Assembly: GCA_030390025.1 (NCBI GenBank)
Contig: JASTWF010000036.1
Span: forward strand, 1,116,001 to 1,180,000
DNA from: Squalus acanthias
Lineage: Eukaryota
DNA length: 64,000 nucleotides
Direction of reading: 5' to 3'
Position 1 is the stretch's first letter; each line of letters opens with the position of its first letter. The notes beneath the pieces are model-generated. The model did not search any database, was not told where the DNA came from, and saw only the letters and a list, made by a program, of their open reading frames with translations. Both the position numbers and the translations under genes were made by a program. This document shows, piece after piece, positions 1-11,780 of the stretch.

Positions 1-217
1 AAAATTTGTTCTGGGAATGTGGGCGTCGCTGGCAAGGCCAGCATTTATTGCGCATCCCTAATTGCCCTCGAGAAGGTGGTGGTGAGCCGCCTTCTTGACC
101 CGCTGCAGTCCGTGTGGTGAAGGTGCTCCCACAGTGCTGTTAGGGAGGGAGTTCCAGGATTTTGACCCAGCGACGATGAAGGAAGGGCCGACATATTTCC
201 AAGTCAGGATGGTGTGA
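1..217 (-). mobile_element. 3' end of CR1-superfamily (Zenon-like) LINE, family A
   Basis: Reverse complement of the tail in the longer copies at 19452-20583 and 54370-55143 (KSWNSLPNSTVG...; gggcaataaatgctggccttgccagcgacgcccacat). Confidence 0.85.
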
Positions 218-224
218 AAGGCCA

Positions 225-470
225 AGGCCCTGAGTACAAGTCACCACCAGGGTTGGAAAGAGTAGAATGAGCAGATGAGGTAAATTGGGAAGTCCTGACT
301 AGATGACGCCAAGCTGGAGTTTAAAAAACTTATAGATTGTAGGAGGGAGGGAAGACTGAGGGAAATGAAGTGTTCCACAGTTTTGTAGTCCTGGGAAAGA
401 ATGAGTTTGAGTCAGAGATGATCTCAACACAGCGAGGAAGTCCTACAGGAGTAACTGCACCATTACTCTG
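225..470 (-). mobile_element. Degenerate 3' end of another non-LTR retrotransposon
   Basis: Minus strand reads SNSFFPRTTKLWNTSFPSVFPPSYNL, resembling the C-terminal SFFPRT..LWNSLP motif of CR1-group ORF2. Confidence 0.55.
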
Positions 471-483
471 TCAGTGGAACCCA

Positions 484-675
484 GAGAAAGCTGGAAACAC
501 AGAGCAGTCAGCATCTGAAAAAAGAACAGATGGGCTGATGATATGAATTCATGACCCTTCCTCGGTGCTCTGGGTGTTACATCTGATACATTAATTTATC
601 TGTTCTCTTTACAGATGCTGACTGATCCTGCTGTGCGTTTCCAGCATTTTCTATTTCTATTTCAGATGTGCAGTT
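484..675. repeat. Fold-back made of two inverted Penelope terminal-repeat fragments
   Basis: gctggaaacacagagcagtcagcatctg is followed ~100 bp later by cagatgctgactgatcctgctgtgcgtttccagc; both arms resemble the Penelope terminus at 5600-5700. Confidence 0.65.
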
Positions 676-691
676 TTCTTAATTACTCCAT

Positions 692-1060
692 CCATGGGCC
701 AGTAGATAAAAACCGGCTGGTTTGATGCTGAGAGCCACACTGACCAGGGAGGTTAGGTTTGAGTTAGCTCATCTCAGCCAGTAGGGGGAGCTGCAGTTGG
801 TTCTGAGCTAGATCAGGAAGGAGTAAGAAGAGAAGAGGGAGGAGAAAGATGAACCCGGATTCCTGCTCCTGATCACTGCCCAGTGACTTCCTCTTGGAAA
901 GCACGTGAGTGAATGTCGGGAAGGAACAGGATCGGGCTGGGTTGGGATAGCGCCTCTTTTTCTTCCCGCCCCTGCCCCACTTGGTCGAAGCTACCAACAG
1001 TCAGTGCCTGGACTCACACACAAAGGATGGCCTCGTCGATGAGATTTCAGCAGGTCTGAC
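692..1060 (+). mobile_element. Ancient tRNA-derived SINE (AmnSINE2-like), degenerate
   Basis: Motifs tgagttagctcatctcagcc, ttcctgctcctgatcactgcccagtgac and ggatcgggct recur in several other copies in the window; family name from memory. Confidence 0.6.
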
Positions 1061-1854
1061 TTATTCCATCACTGTCTGAGGGTGTCCCACAGCAAGTCTT
1101 GCCTCTTCCAATAGTCTGTATGGGAGGGCAATGCAGTGAATTATACAAGGACAACTGAAGCAAGTTATATTGCAAATGAATACCTTCTGATTTCTTATTC
1201 AATGCAATAGCCTTATCCTGAATTCTTGAATAACATCTCTGAAACTTTTACATACTCTGGGATGGACATCCTTTCCATCCCTGTTGGGACGTTTTATTTT
1301 TAATATTTATTTTTGAAGTTGGAATGCTGTTTAAGAACTTCCTGTACTGTTTGACAGAGCAGTTCACGCGAACTCAATCCACACACAAACTGGCACCATA
1401 CCCAATAAAATACATCTAACCTCCTTTCATTGTTAATAAGAAATGGCCAGGTTGAGAAAAGGCCCGTCGGATCCCAGCCCGCTCATATGGCGTCCAGCTG
1501 CCGATGATTCAGCCTCAATACCCCACCACATTTATCACTCGCTGAGTGAACGAGTTCTCCCTGATAGCTTATTTTAAGACTGTTTCTCGCCAATTGAAAT
1601 GCATGTCCTCTGCTACTTTCCTGTCTTATCGTGAAATACTGTTCAGGGTTTACCTATTTATGCCATTCTGTACTTTATATACTTCAGTGAGGTTCTCCCC
1701 TTTTATCTGCCTTCTTTCTACGCTGTAGAGCTGAAGCAGCTAACCTTTCCTCATAGATCATCCCCTTTTATGCCTGGGGGAAAAAACCAACATATTCCTG
1801 ATCTCTGCCGAAACTGCATTAAATTGAAGGTCTGAGCTTCGATCCCAGTTTAAT

Positions 1855-2050
1855 GCCTTTTTGTTTTTGCTTGCCAATTTTCGATGTTCCTTCCCCGAAG
1901 GTGGTGACTGGTGCTGAGATTCAATTCCACAGGTCCCAGTAGCCCTTCAGTACCTCACCCAAGTGGCCATTCTTGCACGAGCCTGGATAGTTGGTGTGTA
2001 AGCACGCCTATTATGTTGACCATAGTTTGCTCACAGTTATCCAACCCGCT
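1855..2050 (-). mobile_element. AmnSINE2-like SINE, 3' fragment
   Basis: cagtacctcacccaagtggccattcttgcacgagcctggatagt matches the copies at 34880-35220 and 59512-59925. Confidence 0.5.
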
Positions 2051-2094
2051 TGTTAAATAATTGCATTTAATGTATCTTAATGTATTAACGAATT

Positions 2095-2570
2095 AGAAAG
2101 AAAGAACTTGCATTTCTATAGTGCCTTTCACGACCTCAGGACATCCCAAAGCGCTTTACAGCCAATGAAATACTTTTGAAGTGTAGTCACTGTTGTAATG
2201 TAGGAAACGCGGCAGCCAATTTGCGCACAGCAAGCTCCCACAAACAGCAATGTGATAATGACCGGATAATCTGTTTTATTGATGGTGGTTGAGAGATAAA
2301 TATTGGCCCCAAGACACCGGGGAGAACTCCCCTGCTCCTCTTCGAAATAGTGCCATGGGATCTTTTACATTCACCCGAGAAGGCAGACATAGCCTCGGTT
2401 TAACGTCTCATCCGACAGTGCAGCACTCCCTCAGGACTGCACTGGAGTGTCAGCCTGGATTTTGTGTTCAAGTCTCTGGAGTGGGGCTTGAACCACAACC
2501 TTCTGACTCAGAGGCGAGTGTGCTACCGACTCAGAGGCGAGTGTGCTACCCACTGAGCCACCGCTGATAC
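2095..2570 (-). mobile_element. SacSINE1-like DeuSINE, near full length
   Basis: tRNA-like head (gtggctcagtgggtagcac...ggttcaagcccc), Deu-type core (aaagatcccatggcactatttcgaagaggagcagggg) and (tttc)n tail. Confidence 0.9.
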
Positions 2571-2611
2571 CTGAACATACATACGCATCCCAATCTCAAA
2601 AACAACTTCCT

Positions 2612-2927
2612 AGAACTAGACGGCATAGTCTCAGGATAAGGGGTCGGCCATTTTAGACGGAGATGAGGAAGAATTTCTTCTCTCAGAGGGTGGTGAATCT
2701 TTGGAATTCTCTACCCCAGAGAGCTGTGGAGGCTGAGTCATTGAATATATTCAAGGCTGAGATTGACAGACATTTGAGCTACAGGGGAGTCGAGGGTTAT
2801 GGGGAGCGGGCAGGGAAGTGGAGTTGAGGCCAAGATCAGATCAGCCATGATCTTATTGAGTGGCAGAGCAGGCTCGAGGGGCCGAATGGCCTACTCCTGG
2901 CTCCTATTTCTTATGTTCTTATGTTTC
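2612..2927 (+). mobile_element. CR1 (HER1-type) LINE 3' end
   Basis: Encodes ...EMRKNFFSQRVVNLWNSLP...; tail ggcctactcctggctcctatttcttatgttcttatg. Confidence 0.9.
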
Positions 2928-3384
2928 AGAGAAATTAAATTCAGGGAGTGCTACAGAAGTATGGGCTCTCTCCTGAATCTCTAATCTGCACTGTGACAGT
3001 TTCGCGCACTGCAGTAGTTATATTGGGAGTTATTGATTACTCTGTATCTGGAAGTTACTTCAGTTGATGAAGATTCAAGATAGGGGCTAATGCGTCTTGA
3101 AGTAATTGTGCTTCAGCAGATATTGAAGATAAGAAAACCTCTGTTTTTGCAGTCCATTTGGATGAGCGAATACTCCTGACAAGTGAAGATGATTTTGCGG
3201 AATACTCTTAATGAAAGCCAGCATTAACTTGTTGATGTCCAGCTTGCTAAATCAGAATGAACTGTTTCGTGGTTGTGTCCATCAGTCATTGTCCCCACTA
3301 GTCTTCGTTGAGTTACCATGTCTTGTGCTTCAGTTATCGAGAAGAGGGGAGACCGAGGGCGGGGGGAAGAGGGGAGACCGAGGG

Positions 3385-3432
<48 letters not shown>

Positions 3433-3932
3433 NNNNNNNNNNNNNNNNNNNNNNNNNNNNNNNNNNNNNNNNNNNNNNNNNNNNNNNNNNNNNNNNNNNN
3501 NNNNNNNNNNNNNNNNNNNNNNNNNNNNNNNNNNNNNNNNNNNNNNNNNNNNNNNNNNNNNNNNNNNNNNNNNNNNNNNNNNNNNNNNNNNNNNNNNNNN
3601 NNNNNNNNNNNNNNNNNNNNNNNNNNNNNNNNNNNNNNNNNNNNNNNNNNNNNNNNNNNNNNNNNNNNNNNNNNNNNNNNNNNNNNNNNNNNNNNNNNNN
3701 NNNNNNNNNNNNNNNNNNNNNNNNNNNNNNNNNNNNNNNNNNNNNNNNNNNNNNNNNNNNNNNNNNNNNNNNNNNNNNNNNNNNNNNNNNNNNNNNNNNN
3801 NNNNNNNNNNNNNNNNNNNNNNNNNNNNNNNNNNNNNNNNNNNNNNNNNNNNNNNNNNNNNNNNNNNNNNNNNNNNNNNNNNNNNNNNNNNNNNNNNNNN
3901 NNNNNNNNNNNNNNNNNNNNNNNNNNNNNNNN
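3433..3932. other. Assembly gap (500 N) flanked by poly-G and a CT-rich tract
   Basis: Run of n from 3433 to 3932; poly-G at ~3387-3432. Confidence 0.99.
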
Positions 3933-4160
3933 CCCTCCTTCCTCCCTCCTTCCTCCACCTTTCCTTCCTCCCTCCTCCCCTCCTCCTCCCTCCCTCCCTC
4001 CCTTCCTCCTCCCTCCTCCCTCCCTTTGGTTGTAAGCCCCGACAGCCACAAACCGCGCATACATGTACCGTTTCTCCTGAGACGCCAGCAGCAGCGGCCG
4101 GGAGACCAATCGCCCATTCCGGGAGACTCCCACCCAAAGGGGGAGGGTTGGGAACCCTAT

Positions 4161-4271
4161 TGAAGGGGAACCTGGAGGTGATGGTGTTCCCATGCGCCTG
4201 CTGCCCTTGTCCTTCTAGATGGTACGGTCCATGGATTTGGGAGGTGCTGCTGCAGAAGCCTTCGCGAGTTG
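4161..4271 (-). mobile_element. Short fragment of Zenon-like LINE family A
   Basis: Matches the 4665-4775 segment of the neighbouring copy. Confidence 0.8.
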
Positions 4272-4451
4272 TATCACAGTTTCCTCCTTTCTATCACGGT
4301 ACATATGGTGCACTCACAGAAAATGGCCCAACTCGTTTTGACACAGAGACCTTCTGAATATGGATATTACATCTGGTCAGTTATGAGTGCGGGACCGAGC
4401 CATTCAATTGAAATACAAGCACCTTGTGGATTTTGTTCGTATATTTATTTT

Positions 4452-4965
4452 ATTCATTTATGGGATGTGGGCGTCGCTGGCAAGGCCGGCATTTATTGCC
4501 CAGTCCTAGTTGCCCTTGAGAAGGTGGTGAGCCGCCTTCTTGAACCGCTGCAGTCGTGTGGTGATGGTACTCCCACAGTGCTGTTAGGGAGGGAGTTCCA
4601 GGATTTTGACCCAGCGACGATGAAGGATCGGCGATATATTTCCAAGTCAGGATGGTGTGTGACTTGGAGGGGAACTTGGAGGTGGTGGTGTTCCCATGCG
4701 CCTGCTGCCCTTGTCCTTCTAGGTGGAAGAGGTCGCGGGTTTGGGAGGTGCTGCCGAAGAAGCCTTGGCGAGTTGCTGCAGTGCATCTTGTAGATGGTAC
4801 ACACTGCAGCCACGGTGCGCTGGTGGTGGAGGGAGTGAATGTTTAAGGTGGTGGATGGGGTGCCAATCAAGCGAGCTGCTTTGCCCTGGATGGTGTCGAG
4901 CTTCTTAAGTGTTGTTGGAGCTGCACTCATCCAGGCAAGTGGAGAGTATTCCATCACACTCCTTA
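4452..4965 (-). mobile_element. Zenon-like LINE family A, 3' ~500 bp
   Basis: ORF 4493-4993: RSVMEYSPLAWMSAAPTTLKKLDTIQGKAARLIG...KSWNSLPNSTVG, plus the family tail. Confidence 0.9.
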
Positions 4966-5599
4966 TATATGTTTGTTTTTGAATTTGCGGCACGTTTTAA
5001 GTTTTCCTTGTCCCGGTCAAATTTTGAAAGTGATTTCTCAGCCCGTTTTGTTCAGATTGGGTCATCTGTCTGAAGCCATCAGAACAAGGTAGATGGCCAA
5101 GCTCGAGAGATTCTGCAGATGGTCAGCAAGAAGCTACGGCATGAAGATTAAAGTCGAGGGATCTTGTGTCTGCTCCAGTTTACATTGCAGTTTATCACAG
5201 CAACAGTGGCTGTTGATTCTCCATCTTTCAAGGAGGGTTAGTGAAGTCTGTAACCACTGTAATTCTACAGTTACGCCATTGCTTCCATTCCCTGGTTAAT
5301 AAATCTGTCTGGCAGCTTATAGTCTAGTGAAGTGTTTATTCTACTATCTTTGAGGAAGATTACGAGAGGGCACATGGCATGACCAGGAGCTGAAATGCAG
5401 TATTGAGGGTTTTCTGTTTTGATTCCCTGGATTCTCTGCAAATTACCTGGATGTCTCATCCTTAAAATTCTCACCCTTGTTTTCAAATCCCTCCATGGCC
5501 TCGCCCCTCCCTATCTCTCTAACCTCCTGTAGCCCCACAACCCTCCGAGATCTCTGCGCTCCTCTAATCCTGGCCTCTTGAGCATCCCCGATTTTAATC

Positions 5600-6254
5600 C
5601 AAAAGCAAAATACTGCAGATGCTGGAAATCTGAAATAAAAACAGAAAATGCTGGAGATACTCAGCAGGTCAGGCAGCATCTGTGGAGAGAGAAACAGAGT
5701 TAACGTTTCAGGTCGATGACCCTTCATCAGAACTGGACAAAGCTGGAGATGGAACAGGTTTTAAGCAAGTGTAGGGGCAGGGAGAGGGGGGAGGGGAGGA
5801 AAGAACAAAAGGGAAGGTCTGTGATAGGATGGAAGGCCGGAGAGATTAAGAGACAAAAGGGATGATGGTGCAAGGCAAAAGGAGATGGTAATGGGACAAG
5901 TTAAGAAACAAAAGATGACCCTCGATGAAGTGTAAATGGTACTGGCAGAATGATCGACAGCTGCCATGTGAGAGAGAGAAAAAAAAGATTGGGGCAGAGG
6001 TTATGGTCAGAAATTGTTGAACTCGATGTTGAGTCCAGAGGGCTGTAAAATGCTAATCGAAAGATGAGGTGCTGTTCCTCGAGCTTACGTTGAGCTTCAT
6101 TGGAACAGTGTAAGAGGCCGAGGACGGAGAGGTCTGAGTGGGAGTGGAGCAGAGAATTAAAGTGACAGGCGATCGGAAGCTCGGGGTCCCCCTTACGGAC
6201 TGAACGGAGGTGTTCCGCAAAGCGGTCACCCAATCTGCGTTTGGTCTCCCCAAT
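5600..6254 (-). mobile_element. Penelope-like element 3' part (GIY-YIG endonuclease C-terminal half plus terminal repeat)
   Basis: IGETKRRLGDRFAEHLRSV...PIACHFNS..HS.SDLSVLGL...RKLEEQHLIFRL is typical of the Penelope GIY-YIG domain; bounded by the 10-bp TSD. Confidence 0.9.
5698..5734 (-). ncRNA. Minimal type I hammerhead ribozyme motif in Penelope terminal repeat
   Basis: Minus strand AGUU-CUGAUGA-AGGGUCAUCGACCU-GAAACGUU-AACU: both core boxes, helix II, helix I AGUU/AACU and a palindromic ACGU in place of helix III. Confidence 0.75.
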
Positions 6255-7111
6255 GATTTTAATCGCTCCACCATTGGTGGCCTTGCCTTCAGCTGCCAAG
6301 GACCTATGCTCTAAAAGTCTGTCCCTAAACCTCTCCGCCTCTCCAGCACACTCTCCTCCTTTAAGACGCTCCTTAAAACCTACCTCTTTGACCAAGCTTT
6401 TGGTCATCTGCCCTAATTTCTCCTTATGTGGCTCGGTGTCAAATTTTGTTTGAGAACGCTCCTGTGAAGCACCTTGGGATGTTTTACTCTGTTAAAGGCG
6501 CTGTATAAATACAAGTTGTTGTTGATATCAGACAGTTAAAGCCATAGGGTGTGAGGGCTCACCTCTGGGACTAGTGTGACGTACTGAACTGGAGGAAAAT
6601 ATCAGGAGTAAAGACCCAAACATGAGACAATAAGCAGCCAGGGTTCATCCACACTGGCAAATTGCTGTACAGGAGAAGAATCCTCAATCTGGAGCTCAGA
6701 GTTTCCTAGAGTCCCCAACCTCGTATTAGCACCTACAACAAGCTATGTCACAATCCATGTTCTATTGGGTGCAGTTTAAAATTTTGCTTTGCTTTTTAAG
6801 ATACTCTTATTTAGCTTCATAATGCCCCGTAATTGAATGTGAAGTTCTGGACAGCAGATGTGGATAATGCAGACCTCCCTTAACTCTGGCAAGATTTCAT
6901 CTTTACCAATTATCCCGACCAGCACTGCAGCAGATCCAGCGACCTCTTAAGCTTTTTATTTTGCCAAGTGAGGGGATCTAGGCTTGCAATGAAAGGATAG
7001 CGATGCAGTGTGTACTGCGATGAGAGATTTTTGAGAGTTGTTTACAACGAGAGAAAAAAATGAAGTTGAGATTTGAATGACAATGGTGGAGGGAAACAAT
7101 ATCTTGCCTTT

Positions 7112-8775
7112 ATACATAAGAACATAAGAAATAGGAGCAGGAGTAGGCCAATCGGCCCCTCGAGCCTGCTCCGCCATTCAATAAGATCATGGCTGATCTG
7201 ATCCTAACCTCAAATCTAAAGAACACAAGAAGTAGGAGCAGGACCCGGCCACTCAGCCCCTGGGCCCGCTCCGCCACCCACAGGGCCCTGACCGATCCGA
7301 ACTCAGCCTCATGTCCAATTTCCTGCCCGCTCCCCGTAACCCCTAATTCCCTTTACCTCTAGGAAACTATCTATTTCTGTTTTAAATTTATTTAATGATG
7401 TAGCTTCCACAGCTTCCTGGGGCAGCAAATTCCACAGACCTACTACCCTCTGAGTGAAGAAGTTTCTCCTCATCTCAGTTTTGAAAGAGCAGCCCCTTAT
7501 TCTAAGATTATGCCCCCTAGTTCTAGTTTCACCCATCCTTGGGAACATCCTTACCGCATCCACCCGATCAAGCCCCTTCACAATCTTATATGTTTCAATA
7601 AGATCGCCTCTCATTCTTCTGAACTCCAATGAGTAGAGTCCCAATCTACTCAACCTCTCCTCATATGTCCACCCCCTCATCCCCGGGATTCACCGAGTGA
7701 ACCTTCTTTGTACTGCCTCGAGAGCAAGTATGTCTTTTCTTAAGTATGGACACCAAAACTGTACGCAGTATTCCAGGTGCGGTCTCACCAATACTTTATA
7801 TAACTGCAGCAATACCTCCCTGTTTTTATAATCTATCCCCCTAGCAATAAAAGCCAACATTCCGTTGGCCTTCTTGATCACCTGCTGCACCTGCATACTA
7901 ACTTTTTGATTTTCTTGCACCAAGACCCCCAGATCCCTTTGTACTGCAGTACTTTCCAGTTTCTCGCCATTAAGATAATAACTTGCTCTCTGATTTTTTC
8001 TGCCAAAGTGCATAACCTCACATTTTCCAATATTGTATTGCATCTGCCAAATCTCTGCCCACTCACCCAGCCTGTCTATATCCCCTTGTAGGTTTTTTAT
8101 GTCCTCCTCACTTTCTACTTTCCCTCCCATCTTTGTATCATCTGCAAACTTTGATATGTTACACTCAGGTCCCCTCCTCCAAATCGTTAATATAGATTGT
8201 AAAGAGTTGGGGACCCAGCACCGACCCCTGCGGAACACCACTGGCTACTGGTTGCCAGTCCGAGAATGAACCATTTATCCCAACTCTCTGCTTCCTGTTA
8301 GATAACCAATCCTCCACCCATTCCAGAATATTACCCCCAATCCAGTGATTTTTTATCTTGAGCAATAATCTTTTATGTGGCGCCTTGTCGAATGCCTTCT
8401 GGAAGTCTAAATACACTACGTCCACTGGTTCCCCTTTATCCACCCTGTACGTTATGTCCTCAAAGAACTCGAGCAAATTTGTCAGACATGACTTCCCCTT
8501 CATAAAGCCATGCTGACTTTGTCCTATCAAATTATGTTTATCTAAATGTTCCGTTACTGTCTCCTTAATAATAGACTCCAAAATTTTACCCACCACAGAT
8601 GTTAGGCTAACTGGTCTATAATTTCCAGCCTTCTGCCTACTACCCTTTTTAAATAAGGGTGTTACATTAGCAGTTTTCCAATCTGCCGGGACCTTTGCTG
8701 AGTGCAGGGAATTTTGGAAAATTATTACCAAAGCATCCACAATCCCTACTGCCACTTCCCTCAAGACCCTAGGAA
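7112..8775 (-). mobile_element. CR1 (HER1-type) LINE, 5'-truncated, frameshifted RT
   Basis: ORFs 8165-8785, 7690-8241 and 7309-7680 carry [43 protein letters not shown]; tail apparently doubled. Confidence 0.97.
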
Positions 8776-8779
8776 GATG

Positions 8780-9090
8780 CCCCAAGGTGCTTCACAGGTG
8801 TAATCAGACAAAAAATCGAGACTGAGTCAAAGAGCACGTCATTAGGAGGGATGCCCAAAAAGCTTGGTCAAAAAAGAGGTGTATTTTGAGGAGGTTTCCA
8901 AAGCAGGTGAAGGGGCTTCGGGAGGGAGTTCCAGAGCATGGGGCCTAGGTGACTTAAGGCACAGCTGCCTATGGTGGGGTGAAGGGAGGAGTTGCACAAA
9001 CGGCTAGACTCTGAGAAGCGGAGTGTTTGGGGGGAGGGTTGTCGGGCTGGAGGGGTTACAAAGATAGGCAGGGACGGTATTGAGAGGGGC
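8780..9090 (-). mobile_element. L2 LINE 3' fragment, diverged
   Basis: PTIGSCALSHLGPMLWNSLPKPL matches the L2 copies at 13855 and 29345. Confidence 0.75.
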
Positions 9091-9240
9091 AAGGGAAAGC
9101 AAAGAACAAAAGTGAAGCAAATATATGTTTCATGGAATGTGCTGCCTGGTGTCCAGTTTTAGCAGAGTTAGTTATTTGTTGGGAGTATTTTTTTGTATTG
9201 ACTAATGAACTTCTTGAAAGCTTATTGCTAATAGAACCTT

Positions 9241-11780
9241 CTGTGGGTGTGTGGGGGGTGTCTGTGGGTGTGTGGGGGGTGTCTGTGTGTGTGTGGGGGT
9301 GTCTGTGGGTGTGTGGGGGGTGTCTGTGGGTGTGTGGGGGTGTCTGTGGGTGTGTGGGGGGTGTCTGTGTGTGTGTGGGGGTGTCTGTGGGTGTGTGGGG
9401 GGTGTCTGTGTGTGTGTGGGGGTGGGTGTGTGTGTGTGTGTGTGTGTGTGTGGGGGGTTTCTGTGTCTTGGTGTGTGGGTGGGTGTGTGGTGTGGGGGTC
9501 GTGGTGTGTGGGTCTTGGTGGGTGTGTCTTGGTGGGTGTGTGTGTGGGTCTTGGTGTGTGGGTCTTGGTGTGTGGGTGTGTCTGTGTGTGTGTGGTGTGT
9601 GGGTCTTGGTGGGTGTGTCTTGGTGGGTGTGTGTGTGGGTCTTGGTGTGTGGGTCTTGGTGTGTGGGTGTGTCTGTGTGTGTGTGGTGTGTGGGTCTTGG
9701 TAGGTGTGTGTGTGTGGTGTGTGGGTCTTGGTGGGTGTGTCTTGGTGGGTGTGTGTGTGGGTCTTGGTGTGTGGGTCTTGGTGTGTGGGTGTGTCTGTGT
9801 GTGTGTGGTGTGTGGGTCTTGGTGGGTGGGTGTGTCTGTGTGTGTGTGGTGTGTGGGTCTTGGTGGGTGGGTGTGTGTGGGTCTTGGTGGGTGGGTGTGT
9901 GTGGGTCTTGGTGGGTGTGTGTGTGGGTCTTGGTGGGTCTTAGTGTGTGGGTCTTGGTGGGTGGGTGTGTGGGTCTTGGTGGGTGTGTGTGTGGGTCTTG
10001 GTGGGTGTGTGTGTGGGTCTTGGTGGGTCTTGGTGTGTGGGTCTTGGTGGGTGTGTGTGTGGGTCTTGGTGGGTGGGTGTGTGGTCTGTGTGTGTGTGTG
10101 GTGTGTGGGTCTTGGTGGGTGTGTGTGGGTCTTGGGTGTGGGTCTTGGTGGGTGTGTGTGTGGGTCTTGGTGTGTGGGTGGGTCTGTGTGTGTGTGTGTG
10201 GTGGGTGGGTCTTGGTGTGTGGGTGGGTCTGTGTGTGTGTGTGGTGTGTGTGGTGTGGTGTGTGTGTGTGTGTGGTGGGTGGGTCTTGGTGTGTGTGGTG
10301 TGGTCTGTGTGTGTGTGTGTGGTGGGTGGGTCTTGGTGTGTGTGGTGTGGTGTGTGTGTGTGTGTGTGGTGGGTGGGTCTTGGTGTGTGGGTCTTGGTGT
10401 GTGGGTGGGTCTGTGTGTGTGTGTGTGGTGGGTGGGTCTTGGTGTGTGTGGTGTGGTGTGTGTGTGTGTGTGGTGGGTGGGTCTTGGTGTGTGGGTGGGT
10501 CTGTGTGTGTGTGTGGTGGGTGGGTCTTGGTGTGTGGGTGGGTCTGTGTGTGTGTGTGGTGGGTGGGTCTTGGTGTGTGGGTGGGTCTGTGTGTGTGTGT
10601 GGTGTGTGGGTCTTGGTGTGTGTGGTGTGTGTGTGTGTGTGGTGGGTGGGTCTTGGTGTGTGGGTGGGTCTGTGTGTGTGGTGGGTGGGTCTTGGTGTGT
10701 GGGTGGGTCTGTGTGTGTGTGTGGTGTGTGGGTCTTGGTGTGTGTGGTGTGGTGTGTGTGTGTGGTGGGTGGGTCTTGGTGTGTGGGTGGGTCTGTGTGT
10801 GTGTGTGGTGTGTGGGTCTTGGTGTGTGTGGTGTGTGTGTGTGTGTGTGTGGTGGGTGGGTCTTGGTGTGTGTGGTGTGTGTGTGTGTGTGGTGGGTGGG
10901 TCTTGGTGTGTGTGGTGTGTGTGTGTGTGTGGTGGGTGGGTCTTGGTGTGTGGGTGGGTCTGTGTGTGTGTGTGGTGTGTGGGTCTTGGTGTGTGTGGTG
11001 TGGTGTGTGTGTGTGGTGGGTGGGTCTTGGTGTGTGTGGTGTGGTGTGTGTGTGTGGTGGGTGGGTCTTGGTGTGTGTGGTGTGGTCTGTGTGTGTGTGT
11101 GGTGGGTGGGTCTTGGTGTGTGGGTCTTGGTGTGTGTGGTGTGGTGTGTGTGTGTGGTGGGTGGGTCTTGGTGTGTGTGTGTGGTGTGTGTGTGTGTGTG
11201 GTGTGTGGGTCTTGGTGTGTGTGGTGTGGTCTGTGTGTGTGTGTGGTGGGTGGGTCTTGGTGTGTGTGGTGTGGTCTGTGTGTGTGTGTGGTGGGTGGGT
11301 CTGTGTGTGTGTGTGGTGGGTGGGTCTGTGTGTGTGTGTGTGTGTGGTTCTTGGTGTGTGTGGTGTGGTGTGTGTGTGTGTGTGGTGGGTGGGTCTTGGT
11401 GTGTGTGGTGTGTGTGTGTGTGTGGTGGGTGGGTCTTGGTGTGTGGGTGGGTCTGTGTGTGTGTGTGGTGGGTGGGTCTTGGTGTGTGTGGTGTGGTGTG
11501 TGTGTGTGTGTGGTGGGTGGGTCTTGGTGTGTGTGGTGTGGTCTGTGTGTGTGTGTGGTGGGTGGGTCTTGGTGTGTGTGGTGTGGTGTGTGTGTGTGTG
11601 TGGTGGGTGGGTCTTGGTGTGTGGGTGGGTCTGTGTGTGTGTGGTGTGTGGGTCTTGGTGTGTGGGTGGGTCTGTGTGTGTGTGTGGTGGGTGGGTCTTG
11701 GTGTGTGTGTGTGGTCTGTGTGTGTGTGTGGTGGGTGGGTCTTGGTGTGTGGGTCTTGGTGTGTGTGTGTGTCTGGGTGT
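9241..11780. repeat. Compound GT-rich micro/minisatellite (~2.5 kb)
   Basis: Units such as ggtgggtgggtcttggtgtgt and gggtctgtgtgtgt interspersed with (gt)n; almost no A on the + strand. Confidence 0.98.

Larger units (their letters stand above)
5460..6523 (+). mobile_element. L2 LINE 3' end, split by a Penelope insertion
   Basis: LKILTLVFKSLHGLAPPYL... resumes at 6255 after a 10-bp duplication gattttaatc (5590-5599 and 6255-6264); (ttg)n tail. Confidence 0.88.

Noticed and set aside
3211..4357. Long ORFs spanning the N gap
   Set aside because: Artefacts of poly-G, 500 N and a CT-rich tract.
4279..4375. Putative exon FLLSITVHMVHSQKMAQLVLTQRPSEYGYYIW
   Set aside because: The acceptor region abuts a LINE fragment, there is no recognisable homology, and it does not join in frame to the next candidate at 5056.
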